From a virus: 64,000 nt of DNA. The notes under the pieces are model-generated. The model saw nothing but the letters and a program-made list of their open reading frames with translations. It ran no database searches and was not told where the DNA came from. Shown in pieces: positions 47,739 to 56,745 of this stretch. The position numbers and the translations under genes were made by a program. Position 1 is the first letter of the stretch, and the number at the start of each line of letters is the position of its first letter. The stretch is taken from the IMG/VR virus record IMGVR_UViG_3300032516_000011, positions 1 to 64,000 of that record; one strand, written 5' to 3'.

Positions 47739-48953
47739 ATGCTAGATAATTTATCCATAGCGCAACCTAATATAGATAGACTGACCATACTTAATTCAGG
47801 TACGATCACTCTTATAGAAGATTTATATAGAGATGAGTTTGTATTAGATCGAAGTCGAGTTAAAGTAACTGTTGCTTCAGTACAGGTATCTGGAGTTATT
47901 AGTAGACTATATTATGAAATATATGGTGGGGATTTAAAGGCTGATAATGTTATAACATTTATTACGGCTCCTTCTGGCACCGAACTAATTGAAATAGCCG
48001 GTACGAAATATAGATTTGCTAACAGTCTCTCTGGTATAAATGATGTGCCAAGAAAGAATACAGCTTTAGGAAATGCAGTAGCTTTATACCGCGTATTAAA
48101 TATTGCTGGTTTATCTGGAGCTGATTATTATTCAGGACAAAATGCAAACATATATGTATCGGGGTTATTAGCTGATAATCCGTTGTATATTCAGGTGCGC
48201 GTATCCGGTATAATTGGAAACACTTATACTATACGTAGACAAGCTTCATCTAGTGCAATAAAAATATATAATTGGAAATTTACTAAGGGTATGGTACAGG
48301 ACCTAACAGATGCGATACAATATGGATACGTTGCATATTCTGGGGTTAACGGAACTACCTATTTACCCGAAGTACCATCTTCCGATTATGGCAATATATA
48401 CTATGTGCGCTTATATTTTGCTAATAATAGTGGATTACAAGCCTTAAATACTGCGCAACAATTATCGGACTATTGGTTATATACCCCGACATTTTATGGG
48501 CGTACCTCATTACCTTATTATGCCGAAGTATCTGGACTTATAGGATCAGACTTAGTAGGAGGAAAAATTCCATCTATAGGAGAACTATCATTAAATTGGC
48601 GTGATATGATAGCATTCTCTGGAATTACGGCTATGTTAGCTTCGCCAACTACTTCGGGAACACCCACCCAGTCTACTGACTATTATGATATGATAGAGTT
48701 GGGACAAAAATTTCATTACATAGTATTTGTATTCAAATCTGCTGCGGGCTCGTCCCCACAACGAAGCTGGCCAAGACCTCAGGATAATAATGGTACTTGG
48801 TATTATGCTGGCCGTACGGAAAAAATTTTTACTAAAGTAATCATGCCTTTTGGAACTACGTATTCTGTTTGGGTAGGTTTTGGAAATGCTGGTACACTAC
48901 AAACATCAGGACTTCCTTTTGATGTTGTTCATCCACAGATATACCTGGAATAA
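47739..48953 (+). CDS. Putative virion structural protein (Ser-Gly-rich)
   Basis: 404 aa between baseplate and fibre genes. Confidence 0.55.
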   Translation: MLDNLSIAQPNIDRLTILNSGTITLIEDLYRDEFVLDRSRVKVTVASVQVSGVISRLYYEIYGGDLKADNVITFITAPSGTELIEIAGTKYRFANSLSGINDVPRKNTALGNAVALYRVLNIAGLSGADYYSGQNANIYVSGLLADNPLYIQVRVSGIIGNTYTIRRQASSSAIKIYNWKFTKGMVQDLTDAIQYGYVAYSGVNGTTYLPEVPSSDYGNIYYVRLYFANNSGLQALNTAQQLSDYWLYTPTFYGRTSLPYYAEVSGLIGSDLVGGKIPSIGELSLNWRDMIAFSGITAMLASPTTSGTPTQSTDYYDMIELGQKFHYIVFVFKSAAGSSPQRSWPRPQDNNGTWYYAGRTEKIFTKVIMPFGTTYSVWVGFGNAGTLQTSGLPFDVVHPQIYLE

Positions 48954-48955
48954 CT

Positions 48956-51900
48956 ATGGCATATTTATTAAAACGAACCGCCGATAGTGTAGTATATGGA
49001 ACAAAAATAAAAAACGGCTCGCTTGTTGTAGGTGCCTATGTTGTTCTATATAACTCTACTACCTCCGCACTTCTCGGACAAACTACAACCGATCAGTATG
49101 GTCGCTGGTCATTTATTTTAAATACTATTTCTCCCACACCAGGAACATACGAAGTACGTTTCTATGGTTCTGGATTAACCTCTTCTCTTCCTCCCGCAGG
49201 TGACTGGGAATTCGTCGAAGTCATTGATCTCTCGGCAGTTACAGCTTCTGCAATAACCTATCGTGGAATATGGAATGTTTCAAAACAATACTACGGTACA
49301 TCTACATATCATGAAGCTGTAAAAGCTCCCGATGGTAAATATTACTATTCAATAGCTAACAGTTTAGGTGTATCCCCTCCCAATGCTACTTATTGGACAT
49401 ATTTTTCTGACCAATTTTCATCTGTAGCTACCGACCTTCTCCTCGCGCAAGATGTAGCTGTAGGACGAACTATAACTCTTGGTACAGCATTAGACGATGG
49501 TGGCGCTGGTGGGATATTGAAAACTGCTGGTGTGGGGACGTTGTATACAGGTACTGGAGGATTTTATGTTAAAGGTTCGGGACTTAGCGAACTTCGAATA
49601 GGGACGGTGAATGGTAGCTCAGCTTTGATCAGCGGTATTCTATGGGACGGCCCAAACGGTGTATTTGAAATTCGCTCGAAGAATTTTGTAGTAGATCGTT
49701 TTGGAAATGTAATATTGAGTGGTACTATAACGGCGGCGTCTGGCATAATTGGTGGTTGGAATATAGGCCCTACTTATTTATATAGTAATGTAGGAGCAGG
49801 TGCTGGACTAGCTCCAAAAGAGTATCCTTTTTTTGGCGGTGCTCTATATGCTTCACGTGCAACTGCTCCATTTAGAGTTGATACTTCAGGGAATATGTGG
49901 GCTACGGCCGGATATATTGGGGGAAATAGTACTAGTGATGGTTGGCAAATTACTACCGGATCATTAAGTACAGGGGATATACTTATAGTGGACGAGTACT
50001 TTCAAGTTAGTGCTGCCCTTAAACGTTTCGGAGTTGGGCCTTTCTATGCAGGCATGTTTACTCACTATAGTGGTAGTGGTCGAGATGCTAGATCGGGAGT
50101 TCTTGGAACCACTTCAGAAAACGTTCCAGCAATTTATGTATCTGCCAATGTTGAACCCCCAATTATAGATTTTGACACCATTGCTTTTTATGTAGATCAG
50201 TATGGTGGAATGAAGGCATCGCACATTGATCTACTGCAAACTGCCTACTCCACCACACTAATATCTAATAACTTATTAAATACAGTAATTAAAAAAGATA
50301 TTATTGTAGGAGATATAATACCACGAAGCTTTAATACTTTAGGTAGTGGAACTGCTTTGGGTTTTGATACACTAACTGGATACTGGAAACCGTTCACATA
50401 CACTAAGGCTATAAGACAAAAAATTGATGTGTTCCCAGATATATATCAGAGTACTTTAAGTGGCTGTCTTAGTACTTATGGAACTGTTAATCTTACTACA
50501 TCCTTTCCTATATATGCTACTGATGCGGTGATGGTGTTTGATCGTAACGATTCGACTGGATATAAAGGACTATCGTTACGCGGACAAAACCGAATTAACA
50601 GTACAGGGTTTTTAACAGGCGGTAACTCTCTACTTAATTTATACCAACTAAGTAATGAAGATGCAGCAACACAAACCGTAGAAATTTTTCATAGCCTCTC
50701 AGGTATCACAAGTGAAGTACAAAAAACACTTTTTATTAGTTCCACTGGCTACGGAGATAATAGAACCATATACGTGATGGCGGACTCGCGCGTTGAAAAA
50801 CCCAATGCTATACATGCAGCGCGCGGTGTATCGGCAGAAGCATATTCCAATGCCAGTGGTTTGGCTTATGGTGTACAAGGATATGCGTATGGCAACGGAG
50901 GCACAAGCCGTGCTGTTGGTATTGTTGGTTATGCATCTGGTGGGGGAACTGGTGGAACATACGCCGGTTTATTTGATAATGCCCCGGTACAATTTAGATC
51001 GTACGAAGAGCTATGGGAAATCGCAGCTCCGGGAACGCCTGCTACTGGAACAGGATTTCTTTACCCAAAAGCAAACCATCTTTTATATTGGAAGAGTCAA
51101 GCCGGTATTGAGTATGATTTGACTGGAGCAACTACAGGCTCTGGAATAACAAGTTTAAACGCACTCACTACCAGTACTCAAAATTTTGTACCCGGTACAG
51201 CGGGATCCACTTTTAATATATCCTCTGCAGCCAGTACGCACACATTTAATATTCCGAATGCGGCGCTTTCGGCTAGTGGGTTAGTTACTACAAGTGCCCA
51301 GACGTTTGCAGGAGACAAAACCCTTCGAAATTTTTTAATCTTCGATACCTCTAATATTGCTCCTCCAAGTGGAAGTACTCGGTCACTTGGTACTCGAGCT
51401 GTTCTATATTCACAAGTTGGTGGCGGTAATGCAGACTATGCGATAGGAATAGATAATGGATCATTTTGGCTTAGTCTTCCACTTCCTGACTCTGGATATT
51501 CATATCAATGGTATGGTGGTACAACAAAAGTAATGACTCTCGACGCGACTGGGGTATTAGCAATACTTGCTTCTGGAGTTAGTACGAATATTAGTAATTT
51601 TATTGAACTCAATGAAATTATCGCCCCCATTTCTCCTGGTGCTAGTAAAGGAAGATTATATGAAAAAACAGATAGACGACTTTACTTTAAAAACGCAACA
51701 GGAACAGAGTATGATTTAACTTCATCGGGCATAACCGCATTAAATGGTTTAACAGACCCTGGACAAACATTAGCTACTGGAACCGCCGGCTCAACATTCA
51801 ACATCGTTTCGTCAGCAGGAACACATACGTTCAATATACCAGTAGCTGGAACAACTGCTAGTGGTTTGATGACTACGAGTGCTCAAACATTCGCTGGAAA

Positions 51901-53371
51901 TAAATCCTTCAGTGATACAATAGATGTTGGTGGCGGTACTCTTTCCTCCGCTGGATTTAGCTTCTTACATCCTACACAAAACTGGATTGACTTTAAAACT
52001 CCAGGAATTAATCCTCCAACATATACTACGCGTTCTACGGGTACAAAGATAGCTCTATACAATGCACTCAACTCAACACAAGTTGACTACGCTCTTGGAA
52101 TCGAAATTAATACTCTCTGGTATTCAGTACCACAGTTTGCTGCTACATATCATCACAAATGGTATGCTGGAACTTCAGGCATCATGGACCTCTCCGGCCA
52201 AGGAGATCTTACAGTTGCTAAGCACATCAACGCTGGTGGCTTACTACAGCTTCGTGGAGCTGACGTAAACGTAGCCGGCACTCTATCGAATGTTGCTTAC
52301 CTCAATCAAGCAAATACTTTTACCGCTACGCAAAATATGTCTGTAGCCGGAACCTCTACAACTCCAGCTGTATTATTAGGTGGGACAACCCAACGTTGGA
52401 TAGATTTTGGTGCGATTGGAGCAGCGGCTCCGGCATATACAACAAAGTCTATAGGTATAAAACTAAATTTATTTGAAGGTATATCTTCAACTCAAGTAGA
52501 CTATGCAATAGGTATTGAAGCAAATACGCTATGGTATTCTACACGACAAGCAACCAATGCATTTTTTCACAAATGGTATGCTGGAACTTCTGGTATTATG
52601 GATATTAGTGGTGTTGGAGACTTGCGTGTATTTCATAATCTTCATGCTGGAGGAACCGGTATATTCATGGGGCCCGTAGGAGTTGGAGAGGCTTCTCCGC
52701 GATTTTCCCTTGAAGTGCTCGGAGACATTGGCCAATCGATGTCACGAAGAGAGATGCGGGTGTTGGTGAACGCAGGTGCTACAACTATAAGTACACTTGG
52801 TTTAGCTGCTGCTCCCGCCATCAATGCCACGCTTAGCAATGCAGATTCGACTGACGGTCCGTGGCTTAATCATGCCACAACTGGTTCTGGTGGACACACA
52901 GAAGTAATTAGTGCCTTTACTGTTATACGTAGAGATTGGGAAGTTGAATATGTAACCCGAGTAAAAACAGATGCCACAACTATTGCTGGGCTTAGATATT
53001 GGATTGGACTATTTGAGACTGATCCATCAGCTGTTACTCGTACAGGTAATTTTAATACGATATCATTCAGCTATGATTCAGCACTGGACAGCACAAATTT
53101 TTGGAGAACCTGTACTTCTATAAGCGCGGGAACGTGGACTACTAACACAACAACTGCAGCAATTGCGGCCAATACATCTTATCAACTAAGGATAATTTGT
53201 AATACAGCTAATGCAGATGTAAGGTTTTACGTGGATGGTGTATTAGTGACTACGCATACTACTAACTTACCTAATGCAGCGGTCTTAATGGGTTATGGTA
53301 ATGTTGTTACCGCCCTCACTGCGGGTGTTCGCAATATAAAGTGGAGTAGAATTTTAATAAGACATAATTAA
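48956..53371 (+). CDS. Tail fibre / receptor-binding protein
   Basis: 1471 aa, Gly/Ser/Thr-rich; G.IGGW.I repeats, internal duplications, C-terminal lectin-like domain (FYVDGVLV). Confidence 0.8.
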   Translation: MAYLLKRTADSVVYGTKIKNGSLVVGAYVVLYNSTTSALLGQTTTDQYGRWSFILNTISPTPGTYEVRFYGSGLTSSLPPAGDWEFVEVIDLSAVTASAITYRGIWNVSKQYYGTSTYHEAVKAPDGKYYYSIANSLGVSPPNATYWTYFSDQFSSVATDLLLAQDVAVGRTITLGTALDDGGAGGILKTAGVGTLYTGTGGFYVKGSGLSELRIGTVNGSSALISGILWDGPNGVFEIRSKNFVVDRFGNVILSGTITAASGIIGGWNIGPTYLYSNVGAGAGLAPKEYPFFGGALYASRATAPFRVDTSGNMWATAGYIGGNSTSDGWQITTGSLSTGDILIVDEYFQVSAALKRFGVGPFYAGMFTHYSGSGRDARSGVLGTTSENVPAIYVSANVEPPIIDFDTIAFYVDQYGGMKASHIDLLQTAYSTTLISNNLLNTVIKKDIIVGDIIPRSFNTLGSGTALGFDTLTGYWKPFTYTKAIRQKIDVFPDIYQSTLSGCLSTYGTVNLTTSFPIYATDAVMVFDRNDSTGYKGLSLRGQNRINSTGFLTGGNSLLNLYQLSNEDAATQTVEIFHSLSGITSEVQKTLFISSTGYGDNRTIYVMADSRVEKPNAIHAARGVSAEAYSNASGLAYGVQGYAYGNGGTSRAVGIVGYASGGGTGGTYAGLFDNAPVQFRSYEELWEIAAPGTPATGTGFLYPKANHLLYWKSQAGIEYDLTGATTGSGITSLNALTTSTQNFVPGTAGSTFNISSAASTHTFNIPNAALSASGLVTTSAQTFAGDKTLRNFLIFDTSNIAPPSGSTRSLGTRAVLYSQVGGGNADYAIGIDNGSFWLSLPLPDSGYSYQWYGGTTKVMTLDATGVLAILASGVSTNISNFIELNEIIAPISPGASKGRLYEKTDRRLYFKNATGTEYDLTSSGITALNGLTDPGQTLATGTAGSTFNIVSSAGTHTFNIPVAGTTASGLMTTSAQTFAGNKSFSDTIDVGGGTLSSAGFSFLHPTQNWIDFKTPGINPPTYTTRSTGTKIALYNALNSTQVDYALGIEINTLWYSVPQFAATYHHKWYAGTSGIMDLSGQGDLTVAKHINAGGLLQLRGADVNVAGTLSNVAYLNQANTFTATQNMSVAGTSTTPAVLLGGTTQRWIDFGAIGAAAPAYTTKSIGIKLNLFEGISSTQVDYAIGIEANTLWYSTRQATNAFFHKWYAGTSGIMDISGVGDLRVFHNLHAGGTGIFMGPVGVGEASPRFSLEVLGDIGQSMSRREMRVLVNAGATTISTLGLAAAPAINATLSNADSTDGPWLNHATTGSGGHTEVISAFTVIRRDWEVEYVTRVKTDATTIAGLRYWIGLFETDPSAVTRTGNFNTISFSYDSALDSTNFWRTCTSISAGTWTTNTTTAAIAANTSYQLRIICNTANADVRFYVDGVLVTTHTTNLPNAAVLMGYGNVVTALTAGVRNIKWSRILIRHN
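51000..52630 (+). repeat. Intragenic module repeats in the tail fibre (approximate bounds)
   Basis: Two copies of EYDLT..SGIT.LN.LT...GTAGSTFNI...THTFNIP...SGL.TTSAQTFAG.K and three of P....T(R/K)S.G...L(Y/F)...DYA(I/L)GI...W.S...W-Y-(A/G)-G-T; identical DNA run CACAAATGGTATGCTGGAACTTC twice. Confidence 0.8.
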
Positions 53372-53381
53372 GGAGAAATAA

Positions 53382-53627
53382 ATGCCGTTTAATAAAGAAA
53401 GTTCACAAATTCCTTCCACTATAGGTAGTTTTTCCGTTGTTATAAATACTCCAAACGGAGTGGCCCCAGCAACAATTAATGCCTTTGTGGATGTACTTGC
53501 AGGAGATGGAAGCATCATTCGTAGGGTTAGCTTAGATTTATTACCCCATTTAGCAGGTGCACAGATAACAACTATAGAGACTTTTATGGCTAATTTAAGA
53601 ACTAAAGCTGTTGTTGAAATGATTTAA
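53382..53627 (+). CDS. Small hypothetical protein (possible fibre chaperone)
   Basis: 81 aa, AGGAG SD, directly after the fibre gene. Confidence 0.6.
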   Translation: MPFNKESSQIPSTIGSFSVVINTPNGVAPATINAFVDVLAGDGSIIRRVSLDLLPHLAGAQITTIETFMANLRTKAVVEMI

Positions 53628-53630
53628 TGC

Positions 53631-53659
53631 TTGATACTTTTATAATAATTTCGTATAAT
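53631..53659 (+). promoter_or_regulatory. Sigma-70 promoter
   Basis: TTGATA-N17-TATAAT. Confidence 0.75.
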
Positions 53660-53684
53660 AATACATAAACCAATACCAATAACT

Positions 53685-54074
53685 ATGAAATATTATCAAA
53701 TCTTAGAAGTTAAAAATGCACTTACCGACTTAGGTCGCGAGCGTTTACCCATTGCATATGAAGTAGCGAAAAACATTCGCATATGCAATAAAATTATAGA
53801 TGAGACTGCAGAGCTATCAAAAGATATGTTTGAGAAATTTGCAGATAAAGGTTCTGATAACAAACCTATCATGGTGCCTGATGAAAAAAATGGTAATCAG
53901 CCTACAATGAAAATTACCGATGCTGTTAATTTAGCAGCTTATCAAGAAGAAATAATGAAGATCTTAAATGCAGATCATAAAGTGGAATTTATCAAGATTT
54001 CAAAGATTCGTATTCAAAGTGAAAAATTAACGGCCTCTATGATTGTGCCGCTAATTGATGCGATTATAGAATAA
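53685..54074 (+). CDS. Hypothetical protein
   Basis: 129-aa helical ORF behind the promoter. Confidence 0.65.
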   Translation: MKYYQILEVKNALTDLGRERLPIAYEVAKNIRICNKIIDETAELSKDMFEKFADKGSDNKPIMVPDEKNGNQPTMKITDAVNLAAYQEEIMKILNADHKVEFIKISKIRIQSEKLTASMIVPLIDAIIE

Positions 54075-54084
54075 TGGATTATCG

Positions 54085-54822
54085 ATGCCAAAGAAAGCTA
54101 CCGCCAAAGAAAGACGCCATACTACGGGCAAATTGAATGACGGCGTTAAAGAATATATAGATGGGGTCACAATGAAAATACATGATGAGTTAATATCTAA
54201 ATTAAATGTTATTGATAACCGTGATAAAGCTCAGTATGATGCTGCAAAAAAAATAATACTGGATACTAATGCAGTATTTGATCGACGGCAACAAACTATA
54301 GAAGATACCGTATCACGAATGGAGATCGCATTAAACACGGTGCAGAAGGAGCGTGAGACTACAGATATTAAACTAACTACTTCTATAGCAAACATCCACA
54401 GAGAGTTTAGAACCCATATACACGATGAAACAGATGAGTTTAAGCAAATAGCTTCTAACCAACTTAACATGGCAACTAATATTGCTGATATCCAAACCAC
54501 ATTAAATACTGTATCAGCTAATGGAAATAAAGGATTGCACGCCTCTTTACGTGATCTATATGAAAAAAATAGTGAGGTTCATACTGATTTAAAGGAAATA
54601 AAAATCCTGTTAGCTCCAGCACTTGATCGACATCAATGGTGGGAAAGTACAAAGAAAGTATTTAAAACTTCCGGTATATTTACTATAGTAAAAAGTAAGG
54701 TTGGCCGCCTGGTATTATTATTATGTATACTATTACTAGTGAATACCGTTTTGCATCCATTTTTTGGTGGTAACTTTGATCTACAGAGTATCCTGGAATT
54801 TTTTGGCATTGGAAAGGGTTAA
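54085..54822 (+). CDS. Coiled-coil protein with C-terminal TM (possible lysis accessory)
   Basis: Heptad-rich body, NGNKGL motif, hydrophobic C-terminus. Confidence 0.55.
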   Translation: MPKKATAKERRHTTGKLNDGVKEYIDGVTMKIHDELISKLNVIDNRDKAQYDAAKKIILDTNAVFDRRQQTIEDTVSRMEIALNTVQKERETTDIKLTTSIANIHREFRTHIHDETDEFKQIASNQLNMATNIADIQTTLNTVSANGNKGLHASLRDLYEKNSEVHTDLKEIKILLAPALDRHQWWESTKKVFKTSGIFTIVKSKVGRLVLLLCILLLVNTVLHPFFGGNFDLQSILEFFGIGKG

Positions 54823-54825
54823 TAT

Positions 54826-55092
54826 ATGAATTGGATTGAGCGCCAGATAGAGTGGGGAAAAAGTTTTCTTAGCGAGTCTTATAAAATTGGAGTTGCCGGA
54901 AAAGCTTCCTCACGCAGAGTTATCGAGCTCGGCGTTGTATGGGCATTTATATTCTCCTATGTTAAGATCGCAATTGCTTCTGCAACTGTGATCGATATTC
55001 CAACGACTTGGGGGATGGTTATATTAGGAATCCTGGGAATCAAGGTTTGGGATAAAATTAAAAATAAAGATATATCAGAAACTAAGCCATAA
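54826..55092 (+). CDS. Putative holin
   Basis: 88 aa; SSRR followed by two TM helices and a charged C-terminus. Confidence 0.55.
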   Translation: MNWIERQIEWGKSFLSESYKIGVAGKASSRRVIELGVVWAFIFSYVKIAIASATVIDIPTTWGMVILGILGIKVWDKIKNKDISETKP

Positions 55093-55180
55093 AATATTGC
55101 TGTTGAGTTAAAAATGTTAAATACTCTACGCAAATAAAAGTAAAAGTATAGAATAACAAACTGTTTATAAGGAATAAATA

Positions 55181-56242
55181 ATGAAAAAGTTTGCAGGGAT
55201 ATCGTATGATGTCACAGATTTAGTTTCCGATGGGAGAATTGAATACCTTGTTTCTCTTACAAAGGATGACGCTGATGACTTAATAAAGAATGCCCACATC
55301 CCCTCTAAAGATGAGGTAGAAGCTATGCCATCAGAAGACTTTGCCGTCATTCTGTATCATCCGCATACGGGCTTTCTAAAAAAATTCGCATGCCATGATA
55401 AGTATGTAACAAAGTTAAACATAAAGATTCTTCAGGATACAAATCAAAATTATCCCGATGAGATCTCCAAGACAGCGGCGTTTTACTTGACCAAAGCAGC
55501 GAAGCATTTTCGGCTTGAAGTGCCAGAGAATTTAAAGAAATTAGCAGAAGGAAAACATGTAACAAATATTGTAGACCTTGATGAGATTGATCGCACAGGG
55601 TGGTATAAAAAACATACGTCTCAAATAAAGGTAGCTGAATCTAAAGAATTTGCTTTACCAGAAGTAAAAAAGTATCCTATTGATACTGCCACATTAACGA
55701 AGACAGCTGTGCAGTACTTCGAAAAGAATGCAACTAAGTTATCGCCTAAAGATGCTATTACCTATGCTCTCAATGTAAAAAAAGCATCAAAAAAATTCTC
55801 TGTTGATACGACAGATACACGTATTGAAAAGTATGCGGCTCTTACTGCATCACATTTCAACGACGATTATAGAGAACACATTCGCTCAAGAAAGATTTTC
55901 ACCACCGAAGATAATCGTGGCATCTACGAAGAGCTTCTTGATCATGCTGAAGATTTTGGAGTAATAAAAACAGCAGAAGTTCTCGAACATATAGATAAAA
56001 CATTGGATGTATATCGTGAATGGGGACATGATATTGTAGATCCTTATATATCTGTTTTAGGCATGAAGAAAGAAGCAAATTGTAGCCATAAGGGTAAAAA
56101 GATACAGGTATCTATGCTAAAGAAAGCTGCAGAAGGTATCGTAGATTCTGGCACACTTAGAGATTTAGACGGCCCTGAAGCTGCGTTTGTATTTGATTCA
56201 CTTCCGACACCCATAAAAGATAAGATAATTAACAACATATAA
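55181..56242 (+). CDS. Putative head-assembly protein rich in K-x-A motifs
   Basis: Duplicated FA...K(F/Y)(A/P) elements, about 15 K-x-A tripeptides, two genes upstream of the portal. Confidence 0.55.
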   Translation: MKKFAGISYDVTDLVSDGRIEYLVSLTKDDADDLIKNAHIPSKDEVEAMPSEDFAVILYHPHTGFLKKFACHDKYVTKLNIKILQDTNQNYPDEISKTAAFYLTKAAKHFRLEVPENLKKLAEGKHVTNIVDLDEIDRTGWYKKHTSQIKVAESKEFALPEVKKYPIDTATLTKTAVQYFEKNATKLSPKDAITYALNVKKASKKFSVDTTDTRIEKYAALTASHFNDDYREHIRSRKIFTTEDNRGIYEELLDHAEDFGVIKTAEVLEHIDKTLDVYREWGHDIVDPYISVLGMKKEANCSHKGKKIQVSMLKKAAEGIVDSGTLRDLDGPEAAFVFDSLPTPIKDKIINNI

Positions 56243-56739
56243 TGCACCCAGCACTAAAGGCTCTTATAACGAGCCAAGAAAATATTCTCGAGCCGGAAAC
56301 TATAAGACAGTTCGAACCAGGCATGAGCGAAGAGGACGTTAATAAAATATTAGCGTTAGCTACTCTTTATAAGTCTCGAGTCTTCTTCGAAGATTATAAT
56401 TCATTTGAGGATATTACACAAGCATTGAACGGATTAGTTCCAACCCCCAATGTATTGCAAGGATGCTCACCCGAACAAATATGGTATGCACTTGATATGG
56501 CGCATAAATTATATCCTGATCGTGAATATAGTCTCGAAGTCCTAAAATATATAGAGTTTATATTCAATGAATCTGGTGTATTTATTTATCCGAGCTATCT
56601 TCCAATTGATAATCCATATTTTGATAAGGCTGTAGAGCTTGCAACCAATGGTCCCTTCCCTTTGGGAGAGACTACTGAAGAAATTCAGGCGGCAAAGTAC
56701 CTCGCAATACAAGCGTACTTAACACAAAAAAAGGACTAA
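56242..56739 (+). CDS. Hypothetical protein (portal-adjacent)
   Basis: 165-aa ORF with TAATG coupling. Confidence 0.6.
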   Translation: MHPALKALITSQENILEPETIRQFEPGMSEEDVNKILALATLYKSRVFFEDYNSFEDITQALNGLVPTPNVLQGCSPEQIWYALDMAHKLYPDREYSLEVLKYIEFIFNESGVFIYPSYLPIDNPYFDKAVELATNGPFPLGETTEEIQAAKYLAIQAYLTQKKD

Positions 56740-56745
56740 TAAGCT

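Noticed and set aside
51000-52630. Fibre repeats plus an RT suggesting a diversity-generating retroelement
   Set aside because: The repeats are all in-frame coding modules differing at all base types rather than only adenines, and the RT motifs (QGAPTSP, ITG) are retron-like rather than DGR-like.
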